A stretch of 64,000 nt of DNA from a candidate division FCPU426 bacterium (GCA_963719085.1 CAVRAL010000004.1:192001-256000), one strand, 5' to 3'. Numbered from the stretch's first letter, positions 38,211 through 47,426 are shown. Notes: generated from the sequence alone by a model not told the origin. A program made the numbers and translations.

Positions 38211-38987
38211 CTAGAGGCTGAAGGACGTGGCCACGCGGATCTGATCCTTTTGGCTGTCCGTCAGGTCCAGGCTTGAGCTTCCGAAGCTGGCCAACTGCGG
38301 CAGGAAGGTCAAAGCGACCCACCAGTTGCTGCCCGAGTATTCAACCACAGGCCCCAAGGAGAAGACCGACCGCATGGGGTCCTTGTCGTAAAAGTTCTCA
38401 TCCATGGACTCAATCCCGACGAAGAACTTGTCCGAAAGGAAGTATCCCAATCCAACGGAAGGGCGCAGCAAGAAGGAGCTGTCCGTATCGGCGTAATCAA
38501 AGGCCGGTTCGCCCAAAAGATTGAAGGTGGCTAAAAAGTTGCCCATTTTTTTATCGATGATCACCTTCATCTCAAGCTCGAAATCATCCGGCTCGAATTC
38601 CGGCTCCACATAAAGACCCAGCCCCACGCCGTCCGCCACCGCGTCGGTGAGCTTGAATTTCCACTCATTGGAAATCCCATCCAGCGAGGGTCCGTGATTG
38701 ATCACTCCGTCGCTGGGATCTTGGCCCAACTCCTGGGTGAAGTTTAAATAAAGCGAAGTCTGCACGCCGCCGCCCAATCCCGTCTCAAACTCCAGGTTAT
38801 AGTCCAGGGCCGAATAAAAGCTCGCCTGGCCGAATCGATAGGTGGAATAGGTCTCGATTTCCCGCTCCCCCTCGCCCAACACGCCCGACTCATAGTTATA
38901 AATAAAATGACGGTCGCCGGCCTGGGCCAAGGCGGGCATCCCCAACAACAAGGCTCCCAGCAAAAAACGCTTGAATCGGCTCTTCAT
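38211..38987 (-). CDS. DUF6662-like outer-membrane beta-barrel protein, paralog 1
   Basis: Signal peptide, F.YNYE..VL..GE.E.E, EFETGL, SNEWKFKLTDAVADGVGLGLYVE and terminal beta-strand RVATSFSL. Confidence 0.78.
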   Translation of the reverse strand: MKSRFKRFLLGALLLGMPALAQAGDRHFIYNYESGVLGEGEREIETYSTYRFGQASFYSALDYNLEFETGLGGGVQTSLYLNFTQELGQDPSDGVINHGPSLDGISNEWKFKLTDAVADGVGLGLYVEPEFEPDDFELEMKVIIDKKMGNFLATFNLLGEPAFDYADTDSSFLLRPSVGLGYFLSDKFFVGIESMDENFYDKDPMRSVFSLGPVVEYSGSNWWVALTFLPQLASFGSSSLDLTDSQKDQIRVATSFSL

Positions 38988-39039
38988 TGAAAATCTCCTT
39001 TAAAGTTTGGTCGCGTCCCAACAACGATCAACGGTTCCT

Positions 39040-39066
39040 GGCTGGCGACCCAAAGGGGCTGGCTGG
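39040..39066 (-). promoter_or_regulatory. CCAGCC-hairpin-GCCAGCC leader motif (putative HmuP/HemP-responsive element), copy 1
   Basis: Minus strand CCAGCCAGCCCCTTTGGGTCGCCAGCC, directly after the hemP stop codon. Confidence 0.6.
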
Positions 39067-39070
39067 AGTC

Positions 39071-39250
39071 CTACTTGGTCAATATCAATTTTCCGCTCTT
39101 GGTGATCCGCAGCCGGTAGTTTTCCGGGCCATGGGCGATCCAAATCTCGGTTTCGCCCGCGGGAAACAAATCCTCACTTTTCAGGGTCCGCGGATGCCGA
39201 GATGACTCTTTTTTCAAAGGCATCCCTTCGGGGGCTTCATCGGCTTTCAC
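39071..39250 (-). CDS. hemP: Hemin uptake regulator HemP/HmuP (59 aa; absent from the ORF track)
   Basis: Translated by hand: ..LKSEDLFPAGETEIWIAHGPENYRLRITKSGKLILTK*, with the HemP signature YRLR.T..GKLILTK. GTG at 39250 follows GGAAGGA; ATG at 39223 is an alternative. Confidence 0.92.
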   Translation of the reverse strand: MKADEAPEGMPLKKESSRHPRTLKSEDLFPAGETEIWIAHGPENYRLRITKSGKLILTK

Positions 39251-39281
39251 GCGTTTCCTTCCACAAGACCGGAGGCTTTCT

Positions 39282-39322
39282 GATATTGAAAATCATTATC
39301 ATTATCAATTGGAACTTGTCAA
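39282..39322 (-). promoter_or_regulatory. Fur box overlapping a sigma70 promoter
   Basis: GATATTGAAAATCATTATC (39282-39300) matches 17/19 of GATAATGATAATCATTATC, with an extra adjacent hexamer. Minus strand reads TTGACA-16 nt-GATAAT. Confidence 0.88.
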
Positions 39323-39344
39323 CCGCTTTTATCCGCCCCGAAAC

Positions 39345-39375
39345 AAAAAAAGCCGCCCCCTTTGGGGACGGCTTT
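39345..39375 (-). terminator. Rho-independent terminator after the LysM gene
   Basis: Minus strand AAAGCCGTCCCC-AAA-GGGGGCGGC-TTTTTTT. Confidence 0.85.
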
Positions 39376-39416
39376 GAAACCTTCTTAAAGGGTCAAATCA
39401 CTGCGCCCCATCCGCC

Positions 39417-39821
39417 TTAAAAGTAATCCAAGGGCAAAGTCGCCCGGGGTTGGCTATGGGATTTAAACTTCGGGGTCTTACTGCTCAAATCACGGGCATG
39501 GGATTTTTCCGAATCCGAAACGCCCTTGTCCACCTTCAAAACTTGCTCCGTCGAGATCAAATCCGGGTCCTGGATCGTATCCCGGTTGGCCTTAAAAAGC
39601 AGGGGCCACTCGTAAGGATCGCCGTAAATTTTCGACATCCCGGAAATCGACCAAAGCGTATCCCCCTTACGGACCGTGTAGCTGTCCGAAGGCACCGGGG
39701 TCGGAGCCGCGGCGGCCGGGGCGTCGGTTCCCTCGATGCGTTTATTGCTCGAGCATCCGACATTGAGACCCACACCGGCGAACAAAGCCAAAAGAATGGC
39801 CGACTTTAAAAAATTTTTCAT
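39417..39821 (-). CDS. LysM peptidoglycan-binding lipoprotein
   Basis: Lipobox NVG-C, and YTVRKGDTLWSIS...YGDPYEWPLLFKANRD.I.DPDLI. Confidence 0.92.
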   Translation of the reverse strand: MKNFLKSAILLALFAGVGLNVGCSSNKRIEGTDAPAAAAPTPVPSDSYTVRKGDTLWSISGMSKIYGDPYEWPLLFKANRDTIQDPDLISTEQVLKVDKGVSDSEKSHARDLSSKTPKFKSHSQPRATLPLDYF

Positions 39822-39888
39822 TTGTTTTTCCTTTCTAAAATTAAATTTTAAACCTCAAGTGACGCCTTTACCGCGGAGGGAAAAACGC

Positions 39889-40221
39889 TCAGATTCTAAG
39901 AACAGGAGGACGCGATAACCCCGGAGTCTCATTCACCGGTTGATTAAAAGAAGTTCTCAGGCTCGGGCCAAAGGCCGTTTTGGAGATTTCAACCCTCAAA
40001 AGAGCGTCCACGGTCGAATCGGTTTCCATTTTATCCATCCGGGAAGAAGCAGCGGAGGGGCGGACGGGAACCCCCAAGGTCGATGAGGCGGTTTTCGGAT
40101 TGACCAGCGTGGGATGAACCAAGGATTCCATACCGGCAAAACCCATGACCGGTTTCAGGACTAGGGCGAAGGCGATCAGGAGCAAGAACAAAAGGCTGGT
40201 TTTTCCGGAAGATCTCTTCAT
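39889..40221 (-). CDS. Hypothetical exported protein
   Basis: Signal-like N-terminus; the ORF fills the gap and ends in RPPVLRI. Confidence 0.55.
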   Translation of the reverse strand: MKRSSGKTSLLFLLLIAFALVLKPVMGFAGMESLVHPTLVNPKTASSTLGVPVRPSAASSRMDKMETDSTVDALLRVEISKTAFGPSLRTSFNQPVNETPGLSRPPVLRI

Positions 40222-40266
40222 GAGTCTATTCTAATCCGAAAGGCCCCGGGATCAAGCCTTCTAAAC

Positions 40267-40440
40267 TCAAGAATCCCCGTGAGGGTCCATTTGGACCGTC
40301 ACCGGAATCGAGTAAACATGGGCTTTAGGCTCCTGCGCCCTTCCCTGACCCTGCCGGGTTTTGGCCCACTGGGGCCAATAGCCCACGATAAAAAGGAAAA
40401 GATAGATTAAAACCAGCCAGATCAGTTGGTCGCGGCGCAT
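40267..40440 (-). CDS. Small single-TM protein (57 aa)
   Basis: MRRDQLIWLVLIYLFLFIVGYWPQW..., with AAGGA upstream. Translated by hand. Confidence 0.55.
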   Translation of the reverse strand: MRRDQLIWLVLIYLFLFIVGYWPQWAKTRQGQGRAQEPKAHVYSIPVTVQMDPHGDS

Positions 40441-40528
40441 GGGTTTTCCTTGAAATCATTCGTGAGGGTTTGGACGTTCGAGGAGGGGAAAAGTTTCGGG
40501 GCTTTTCAGGGGCGCCCCTTATCTCACT

Positions 40529-40663
40529 TCAATGGAAAAGAGTGGTTTCAAAAATAGGCGGATCCATTTCAACCGCGAGACGGCCCCGGGCTTCCACTTC
40601 CCGGGCGATCTCCATCGCCACCGGGTCCAGCAAATCTTCCTGGGAATCCTTGTTCGGCTCCAT
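40529..40663 (-). CDS. Small acidic protein (44 aa)
   Basis: MEPNKDSQEDLLDPVAMEIAREVEARGRLAVEMDPPIFETTLFH, with GGAG upstream and GC-rich third positions. Confidence 0.5.
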   Translation of the reverse strand: MEPNKDSQEDLLDPVAMEIAREVEARGRLAVEMDPPIFETTLFH

Positions 40664-40841
40664 GGGTGTCTCCAAAGTGGCGTGGATCGGCATTAGCTTC
40701 TATCTATAAGTGTTGAATCGGGGAACTTTATTCCAATAAATCCCAGGAAATAACCCCGCTTGCCCAGGCTTCCCTTCCTTTTTACGGCTCGGTTTCGGAT
40801 AATTCATGCCGATCAAAATCGAAGGTCAAGGAACCAAACAA

Positions 40842-42150
40842 ATGAGCCAAAGACGCGTCGTCGTCACCGGGCTGGGAACCGTCAATCCTTTGGGCCAGGG
40901 TGTGGAACAAACTTGGAAAGCCGCCCTCGCCGGAAAAAGCGGAACCGGAATCATCAGCTTATTTGACGTGAAAGACTGCCCCGTCAAGATCGCCGCTGAG
41001 GTCAAGGACTTTGAGCCGACCCAAACCCTGGCGGCCCCCATTACGGGGATCGCCGGCCGGGACCCCCTCACCCAAGCGGTTCACCCCAAAGACGTGAAAC
41101 GGTTCGGCCGCTTCACCCACCTGGGCGTTCTCGCCGGGCTTCAAGCTTATTTGGACTCGGGATTAGACCAAACCCGGGGGGCCTTCAACGACGAGCTTTT
41201 AGGCGTCAACATCGGCGTGGGCCAGGGCGGCCTGCCCGAAATCCAAGCCGTCCATGACGACTATCTGGCCAAGGGTTTCCGCCGAATCACCCCCTTTTTC
41301 ATCCTTCAATCCATCACCAACATCGTGTCGGGGCAGACTGAGCGTTCTTTTAAGCTTGAAGGGCCCCAACCATTGCAACGTGACGGCCTGCGCTACCAGC
41401 GCCCATTCCATCGGGGAATCCATGCGGGTCATCCAGCGGGGGGAAGCCGATGTCATGTTGGCGGGCGGGGCCGAAGCGGTCATTTGTGAGTTAGGGATCG
41501 GCGGATTTGCCGCCATGAAGGCCTTGTCCGACCGGAACGATTCCCCCGAAAAGGCGTCCCGGCCCTTTGATAAGGACCGCAACGGATTCATCATGGGCGA
41601 AGGCGCCACGGTTTTGGTTTTGGAAGAATACGAAAGGGCCAAATCCCGGGGCGCCAAAATTTACGGGGAATTACTCGGCTACGGGGCCAGCGCCGACGGT
41701 TATCACTTGACCCATCCGCCCGAAGGCGCCGAAGGCGCGGGTCGGGCCATGGTGTCCGCCCTAAAAGAAGCCAAGCTGAATCCCGATCAAATCGATTACG
41801 TGAACGCCCACGCCACCTCGACCCCCGCCGGGGATGTGGAGGAGGCCAAGGCCATCAGCCGCATTTTGAATCCCCACCGCGCCAAGCCGGTTTTTGTTTC
41901 CTCGACCAAATCCATGACGGGCCATATGTTGGGCGCCGCCGGGGCCACCGAGGCCCTGCTTTCGCTCTTGGCCTTGAGGGACAACAAAGTTCCCCCCACG
42001 ATTAACCTGGAAAACCTGGACCCGGCCTGCGTCCACCCCAATTTGAATATCGTGGCCAACGCCACCGTGGAAGCGCCGCTGAAATACGCGCTTTCCAACA
42101 GCTTTGGTTTTGGCGGAACGAATGGCTGCTTGGTTTTCGGAAAAATTTAA
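40842..42150 (+). pseudogene. fabF: beta-ketoacyl-ACP synthase II with a +1 frameshift at ~41337 (or a sequencing error)
   Basis: RRVVVTGLG N-half is in one frame; TACATSAH, NAHATST and SSTKSMTGH are in another. Deleting A41337 restores SGQLSVLL. Confidence 0.88.
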
Positions 42151-42167
42151 AAAGGCAAAAGAGCAAA

Positions 42168-42273
42168 TTTCACCGCCAAGACGCCAAGTTCGCCAAGGAC
42201 ACCCAAGGCGAAAATGTTTCAAATGAAAATCTTTGATTTTTTTCTTGGTGAACTTGGCGTCTTGGCGGTGAAA
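42168..42273. repeat. CGCCAAGACG-type inverted-repeat element, copy F
   Basis: TTTCACCGCCAAGACGCCAAGTTCGCCAAG ... CTTGGTGAACTTGGCGTCTTGGCGGTGAAA (29/30 complementary). Confidence 0.92.
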
Positions 42274-42316
42274 CGGTTTTAGATTTTTACTTAATTAAAC
42301 CAAAGAAAGGCGACCC

Positions 42317-42784
42317 ATGACCGCTGCGGAACAAGTCCGGGAAGAAATGTCGAAACTCGGCGACTTGGCGAAAGCCGCCGGGATGGAACTGGTCCTGCCG
42401 CCGCCGGTCTGGCATGAGCTGGGCTGCGAGTTCATCGTTTTTGAGCCCGAGATAAAACTAACCGCCCGGGTGGCTTTCAATCCGCGTTTCACCAATCCCA
42501 CCGGCGCTTACCAGGGCGGGCTTATCACCGCCGCCATGGACAACGTATGGGGGCCGCTTTCGTATATGAGTTTGAAAGGACCCTGCGTGACGGTGGAACT
42601 GGGGACGACCTTCGTGCGACCCTTTTTAGCCGCCGATGAATCCATGGAAGTGACGGCCTCGGTCACGGCGATGACCCGTAACCTGATTTTTATGGAAGGC
42701 CGGGCCACGAGCGTTCAAAACGGGAAGCTTTTGGCTTTCGGCCGCACCCAGTGTATGCGAGTTCCAGCCCGGCATAAGCCTTGA
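42317..42784 (+). CDS. PaaI-family hotdog thioesterase
   Basis: NPTGAYQGGLITAAMD and TVEL.TTFVRP. Confidence 0.85.
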   Translation: MTAAEQVREEMSKLGDLAKAAGMELVLPPPVWHELGCEFIVFEPEIKLTARVAFNPRFTNPTGAYQGGLITAAMDNVWGPLSYMSLKGPCVTVELGTTFVRPFLAADESMEVTASVTAMTRNLIFMEGRATSVQNGKLLAFGRTQCMRVPARHKP

Positions 42785-42788
42785 ATCC

Positions 42789-43172
42789 CTAAAGGTCCTT
42801 GATCGGGAACCCCTTCAACGCGGATATCACCACCCAAATCCCCATGCCGGTGAGAAAAAATCCAAAGCATAGTTTCAGCCAGTGGTCCCCCATTTTATGC
42901 GCGCCCAAAGCCCCCGCCCAAGCGCCGACAAAAAGACCCGTCGCAATCAGTATCCCCGCTTTCCAATCCACGTTTCCGTTGTGCCAATAAGCGAGAACCG
43001 CGGCTAGTCCCACGGGCGGAAGCAAAACCGCCAAGCTTGTCCCGACCGCCCTTTCTTGGGCGAACCCCGCCAATAGGCTCAAAGCCGGAACGATCAAGAC
43101 TCCGCCGCCGACGCCGAACAAACCCGACGCCACCCCGGCGGTTAAACCGATCAATAAAAAAAGAACTGTCAT
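42789..43172 (-). CDS. TauE/SafE (TSUP) family half-size membrane protein
   Basis: GLFGVGGGVLIVPAL, AVGTSLA and GA..GA. Confidence 0.88.
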   Translation of the reverse strand: MTVLFLLIGLTAGVASGLFGVGGGVLIVPALSLLAGFAQERAVGTSLAVLLPPVGLAAVLAYWHNGNVDWKAGILIATGLFVGAWAGALGAHKMGDHWLKLCFGFFLTGMGIWVVISALKGFPIKDL

Positions 43173-43321
43173 GTTTTCTCCTTAACCAAGCTGACTCAGA
43201 AACCTTGGAATATTAAGAGTCCTTTCCTATTGTAACATTTAGGTTAAAGACACTTCCCGCCCCTCCCAACCACGGACCGAATGGATAAGATGCTTCCCCA
43301 TCGACCCCTCGGGAGAGTCTC

Positions 43322-44263
43322 ATGATCAAAAAAAGCTTCCTCAAAAAATTCCTTGTCCGCCCGGACAAACCGCTTTCATTTAAAAACCTTGATCCCGGTT
43401 GGGCTTCCCACAAGGACCTCTTGGACCGTTTCGGCGAGGAACGGGTCCAAAAAATCGCCAAAAAAATATTGAAGCGTAACCTGTCCAACCTGGCCGAGGC
43501 CCAGAGCCTGCTTTGGGCCAGCGACACTTACGGCGTGCTCATCATTTTGCAGGCCATGGACGCCGCCGGCAAAGACGGCATCATCCGGCACGTCATGTCG
43601 GGCCTCAATCCCCAAGCCTGTCAGGTGCATAATTTTAAAAAACCTACCAACGAGGAACTGGACCACAATTTCCTCTGGCGCTATATGCGGGCCCTGCCCC
43701 AAAGGGGAAAAATCGGCATCTTCAACCGTTCTTATTATGAGGACGTGCTGGTGGTGAAGGTGCACCCCGAGTATCTGGATTTCCAAAAATTGCCCCCGGG
43801 CATCAAGGGCGAGAACATTTGGAAACACCGTTACAGCGACATCAACCATTTCGAGAAGCACCTGACCCGCAACGGCATCATCGTGCTTAAGTTTTATCTG
43901 CACATCTCCAAGGAAGAACAACGCAAACGGCTTTTGGACCGGCTGGATAATCCGGCCAAGCACTGGAAATTTTCCGACAGCGACCTGCCCGAGCGGGCCT
44001 ATTGGGAAGATTACATGCGAGCTTACGAAAACGCCTTGATGGCTACCTCCACCGAATGGGCGCCCTGGTACATCGTGCCCGCCAACCATAAATGGGCGTC
44101 ACGGACCTTGGTGGCGGACATCTTGACCGGGACGATCACTTCATTAGGTTTGGAATATCCCAAGATCACACCCGAGCGTCGCAAGCGTTTAGAACTCGCC
44201 AAAATCCAGTTGGAGAATGAGCCTCCTGACGCGTCAGCGGATGCCGACGGCCTCACAGCCTAA
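43322..44263 (+). CDS. ppk2: Polyphosphate kinase 2 family (class III-like)
   Basis: LQAMDAAGKDG, IFNRSYYEDVL, WKFS and APWY.VPA.HKW. Confidence 0.93.
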   Translation: MIKKSFLKKFLVRPDKPLSFKNLDPGWASHKDLLDRFGEERVQKIAKKILKRNLSNLAEAQSLLWASDTYGVLIILQAMDAAGKDGIIRHVMSGLNPQACQVHNFKKPTNEELDHNFLWRYMRALPQRGKIGIFNRSYYEDVLVVKVHPEYLDFQKLPPGIKGENIWKHRYSDINHFEKHLTRNGIIVLKFYLHISKEEQRKRLLDRLDNPAKHWKFSDSDLPERAYWEDYMRAYENALMATSTEWAPWYIVPANHKWASRTLVADILTGTITSLGLEYPKITPERRKRLELAKIQLENEPPDASADADGLTA

Positions 44264-44279
44264 AGACGGGGACTCCTAA

Positions 44280-45683
44280 TTATCCGGCCGGGATGAGTTT
44301 CGGGCCGCAAATTTCCTCGAACTCCGCCGGAGGGGCTTTTTCCAAGGGCTCCAATAGCGGCGGTTGGCCTTGGGCCGCGCGCTCCGCGTTTTCCCGGTAT
44401 CTTTTTTTGATCCGCTCATCCAAAGCCTGGCGCGCGGGGCTGGCGAGCCCGGTTTTCGCGGAGGTGATCAACGAATTCACCCGGATCCTTCGGAAATAAC
44501 AATAGCGGTCCAGATTGACGACCTTCCCCACCCAAGCAGCCCGTAAAAGAAATTCCATATCGCCGCTGAAACGAAGCCCGGTGGCGTAGCCCCCGACCCG
44601 CTGGACCAGTTCCCGCGACACCAAACTGCTGGGATGAAGCAAGGCATAGGTGGGCGTTTCCCGGAGCGCTTGATGGACATCCAGCGGATACTGGTTGGGA
44701 AAAACGCTTTCCTTCAAATACATCATTTCCTGGCTTCCCACCAGTTCGGCGCCCGACCTTCGCGCTTCATGGAGAAGCCGCTCCAACCGGTCCCGGCTCG
44801 ACCAATCGTCCGCGTCCTGAAAAAGATAAGCGTCGTATTGGGTTTTCTCAATGGCGGATTGAATCAGCCGGTAGGGCCCCCCATTTTCTTTGGACCGCCA
44901 GAGGGTCGCCGTCTTAAACTTTTCCACCAGACTCCGGGGCGGATTCACCGAGCCGTCGTCCAAAACCAAAATCCCATCCGGCGGCCGGGTCTGGCTCACC
45001 AGCGATTCCAAACAACCCTCCAGCCACTCCTCGCATTGAAAATGGGGGATCAGCGCCAAGACCTTGGACTGGCCTGAAATTTTCGGGGACGAAACCAAAG
45101 CGACTTCCGGCTTTCGAACGGAAGCCGCCAGGGCGGGCGCGGAAATATAACCCAGGGGCAGTTCTTCCATCCGGGAAAAAGTTTCCAGATCCCGCAAGGC
45201 CGGAAGCCGCCAGCCGCCCCAGGGGCCCTGAAGCATGGCCGCCCCACCGATCCAACCCGAGACCGGCATTCCCAGCCGGGGTCCTTTTCTTTCCAAGGTC
45301 AAACTCAAGGGGGCCCAAGGTTTTATTTCCCCCGGCCCCAAAGGGGTTTCGTCCCAATCCGGCGGCGCGATCACGGGTTCACGCGCGGGGCAAAAAGCGA
45401 AAAGGCGGGTGGGACTCAAGGCGGTCAAATCGCGGAGCCGGTTGGCCTCCGCGATCTCGAGGGGGGAAATTCCGCGCGAACGCGCGGCCGAAAGAACCGC
45501 GTCTTTTTGTCCGGGCGCGCAAACCAGCACGATCTTTAGACGGGCCGCTCCCGGGCCGTACCAAAAGGCCTCCAACTTCGCGAGAAACGTTTCCAAATCA
45601 TTCCCGGTTTCGAGGAACAAGGTTCCCTTTAAAAAAGAAGGATCGGAGGGCGGCAGGGGCTCTTTCAAGGCGTTCGGGTCCAT
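44280..45683 (-). CDS. GT2 glycosyltransferase with uncharacterised N-terminal region
   Basis: LESL.SQT, LDDGS, FQDADDWS...RLE and GDMEF. Confidence 0.82.
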   Translation of the reverse strand: MDPNALKEPLPPSDPSFLKGTLFLETGNDLETFLAKLEAFWYGPGAARLKIVLVCAPGQKDAVLSAARSRGISPLEIAEANRLRDLTALSPTRLFAFCPAREPVIAPPDWDETPLGPGEIKPWAPLSLTLERKGPRLGMPVSGWIGGAAMLQGPWGGWRLPALRDLETFSRMEELPLGYISAPALAASVRKPEVALVSSPKISGQSKVLALIPHFQCEEWLEGCLESLVSQTRPPDGILVLDDGSVNPPRSLVEKFKTATLWRSKENGGPYRLIQSAIEKTQYDAYLFQDADDWSSRDRLERLLHEARRSGAELVGSQEMMYLKESVFPNQYPLDVHQALRETPTYALLHPSSLVSRELVQRVGGYATGLRFSGDMEFLLRAAWVGKVVNLDRYCYFRRIRVNSLITSAKTGLASPARQALDERIKKRYRENAERAAQGQPPLLEPLEKAPPAEFEEICGPKLIPAG

Positions 45684-45736
45684 AGTGGGTTCAGACGTCG
45701 CGGACTTGGAAAAAAGGCTTTGGAATCAAACAATCC

Positions 45737-45775
45737 AAAATAAAAAAGCCCCCGGGAAACCCCCGGGGGCCTTTT
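45737..45775 (-). terminator. Rho-independent terminator after sod
   Basis: AAAATAAAAAAGCCCCCGGG-AAAC-CCCCGGGGGCCTTTT. Confidence 0.85.
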
Positions 45776-45799
45776 AAAAACGCTGAATTGACGCCAAAT

Positions 45800-46387
45800 C
45801 TAAACGGTCTCGAAATTCTTTCCCGCGAATTCCCAGTTGAGCACCTTCCAAAAAGCTTCCACGTACTTGGCCCGGGCGTTGCGGTAATCGATATAATAAG
45901 CGTGTTCCCACACGTCGCAGGTAAAAAGCGGCGTGCCCGATCCCGTGTGGGCCGGGGTCTCGGCGTTGCCCGTGGCCTCAATCTTCAGGCTCTTGTCCTT
46001 GGCCGCCACCAGCCAGGCCCAACCCGACCCGAACTGCCCCAAAGCCGCGGCCGTGAATTGTTTCTCAAACTCGGCCTGCGACCCGAAGCTTTTCGTGATG
46101 GCCTCGGCCAAGGCGCCCTTGGGCGATTGGTTTTTCTGCGCGCTCAGGCTGTTCCAGTAAAAAGAATGGTTCCAATGCTGGGCCGCGTTGTTAAAAAGCC
46201 CGCCGGTGGCTTTTTTCACGATTTCTTCCACGCTTTTATTGTCGAACTCCGTACCCGGGACCAATTTGTTCAAATTGTCCACGTAGGTCTGGTGGTGCTT
46301 CCCATAATGAAAATCAAAAGTCTCGGAAGAAAGATAAGGCGCCAAGGCGTCCTTGGCGTAAGGCAACTGCGGCAAAGTAAAAGGCAT
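45800..46387 (-). CDS. sodB: Superoxide dismutase, probably Fe-type
   Basis: HYGKHH, FNNAAQHWNH (Fe-type AAQ), FGSGWAWL and DVWEHAYY. Confidence 0.95.
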   Translation of the reverse strand: MPFTLPQLPYAKDALAPYLSSETFDFHYGKHHQTYVDNLNKLVPGTEFDNKSVEEIVKKATGGLFNNAAQHWNHSFYWNSLSAQKNQSPKGALAEAITKSFGSQAEFEKQFTAAALGQFGSGWAWLVAAKDKSLKIEATGNAETPAHTGSGTPLFTCDVWEHAYYIDYRNARAKYVEAFWKVLNWEFAGKNFETV

Positions 46388-46574
46388 ATGCGCTCCCTTG
46401 ATGTCAATATTTTCGTCTCCGGGCGATTGAACAACGCGGCCCCAAATGAAGTCAAGGCCGTCCTGAAAGTTTTCAGGAAACCAAACCCCTGAACGGGCCC
46501 GGGGAGGGCTTGAATTTCGTCTGAAGGAAGAGGTTACTAGGGGCGTCGATCCATACCTTAAAGCCGGAGGGACC

Positions 46575-47426
46575 ATGCGGGCACGGAAGCTGTTTTTATT
46601 GATTTGGGCCGCCTTAAGCGCAGCCCCGCTTTGGGCGCGCCCCGGCTCCACCGAGGATAACGGCTACAAAGCCTCCTTTTCCGAAACCCTGCCCGGACTG
46701 GACGAGCAAACCTCGCTCCAAGCCCCGCCCACCATCACGGCCACCGTGCTGGATAAATTCCGCTCCACCCAAACGGTTTTCCCGCTCAATTTTTACGCCG
46801 TCCCCCAATTTTTTTTGGAGGAGGACCGGCTCAATTTGATAGGCCGCCTCAACCGGCAAACCGCGCCCGAGGGGCCGCGCTACGCTTTTATCCAAATCAG
46901 CCTTTCCAATCAACCCGACTCCCGGCAGTTTCAACCTTTAAAAAAATACTTTTTTTCCCCCGACAACCAATTTTTGCTCGCGGTGTTCGACGGACAGGAC
47001 AAGCCCGACTCCATCGGTTTTATCCGGCTGAGCGAAGCCCCGGCCCAATTGGGCTGGCTTTTGGCCAATGGCGGGGCCTTGAACCTTTTTCAAGAATCGA
47101 TTCCCAGCCTGGGATCGCCGGTTACCTTGAATGACCCGGTTGGCTGGTCCGCCGACGGGAAAACTTGTGTTTTCATCCTGAGCGCCCCCGACAGCGGCGC
47201 CGTCGTGAAAAATTATTTGGTGAGCGTGGATCTGACCCAAGACCGGGCCAAGCCGGCTGTGGCGCCCTTGGATTTGTCCCCTTATCATTACGGCTCGGGC
47301 GCGGTCATCACCCAAATCGTCACCGACGGCCGAAACGCGGTTTTCACTTTCAACCGCAATGATTCCGCCGACACCGCCCCCGTCACCTTCGCCTTGCCCC
47401 AGCCCCCGGCATCCCCGGCCCCATAA
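46575..47426 (+). CDS. Hypothetical secreted protein (possible beta-propeller fragments)
   Basis: Signal peptide, FSPDNQFL and WSADGK. SD GGAGG. Confidence 0.75.
   Translation: MRARKLFLLIWAALSAAPLWARPGSTEDNGYKASFSETLPGLDEQTSLQAPPTITATVLDKFRSTQTVFPLNFYAVPQFFLEEDRLNLIGRLNRQTAPEGPRYAFIQISLSNQPDSRQFQPLKKYFFSPDNQFLLAVFDGQDKPDSIGFIRLSEAPAQLGWLLANGGALNLFQESIPSLGSPVTLNDPVGWSADGKTCVFILSAPDSGAVVKNYLVSVDLTQDRAKPAVAPLDLSPYHYGSGAVITQIVTDGRNAVFTFNRNDSADTAPVTFALPQPPASPAP

Noticed and set aside
41254..42150. Programmed frameshift or two-gene fabF
   Set aside because: No slippery sequence or homopolymer at the junction, and no credible independent start for the second frame.
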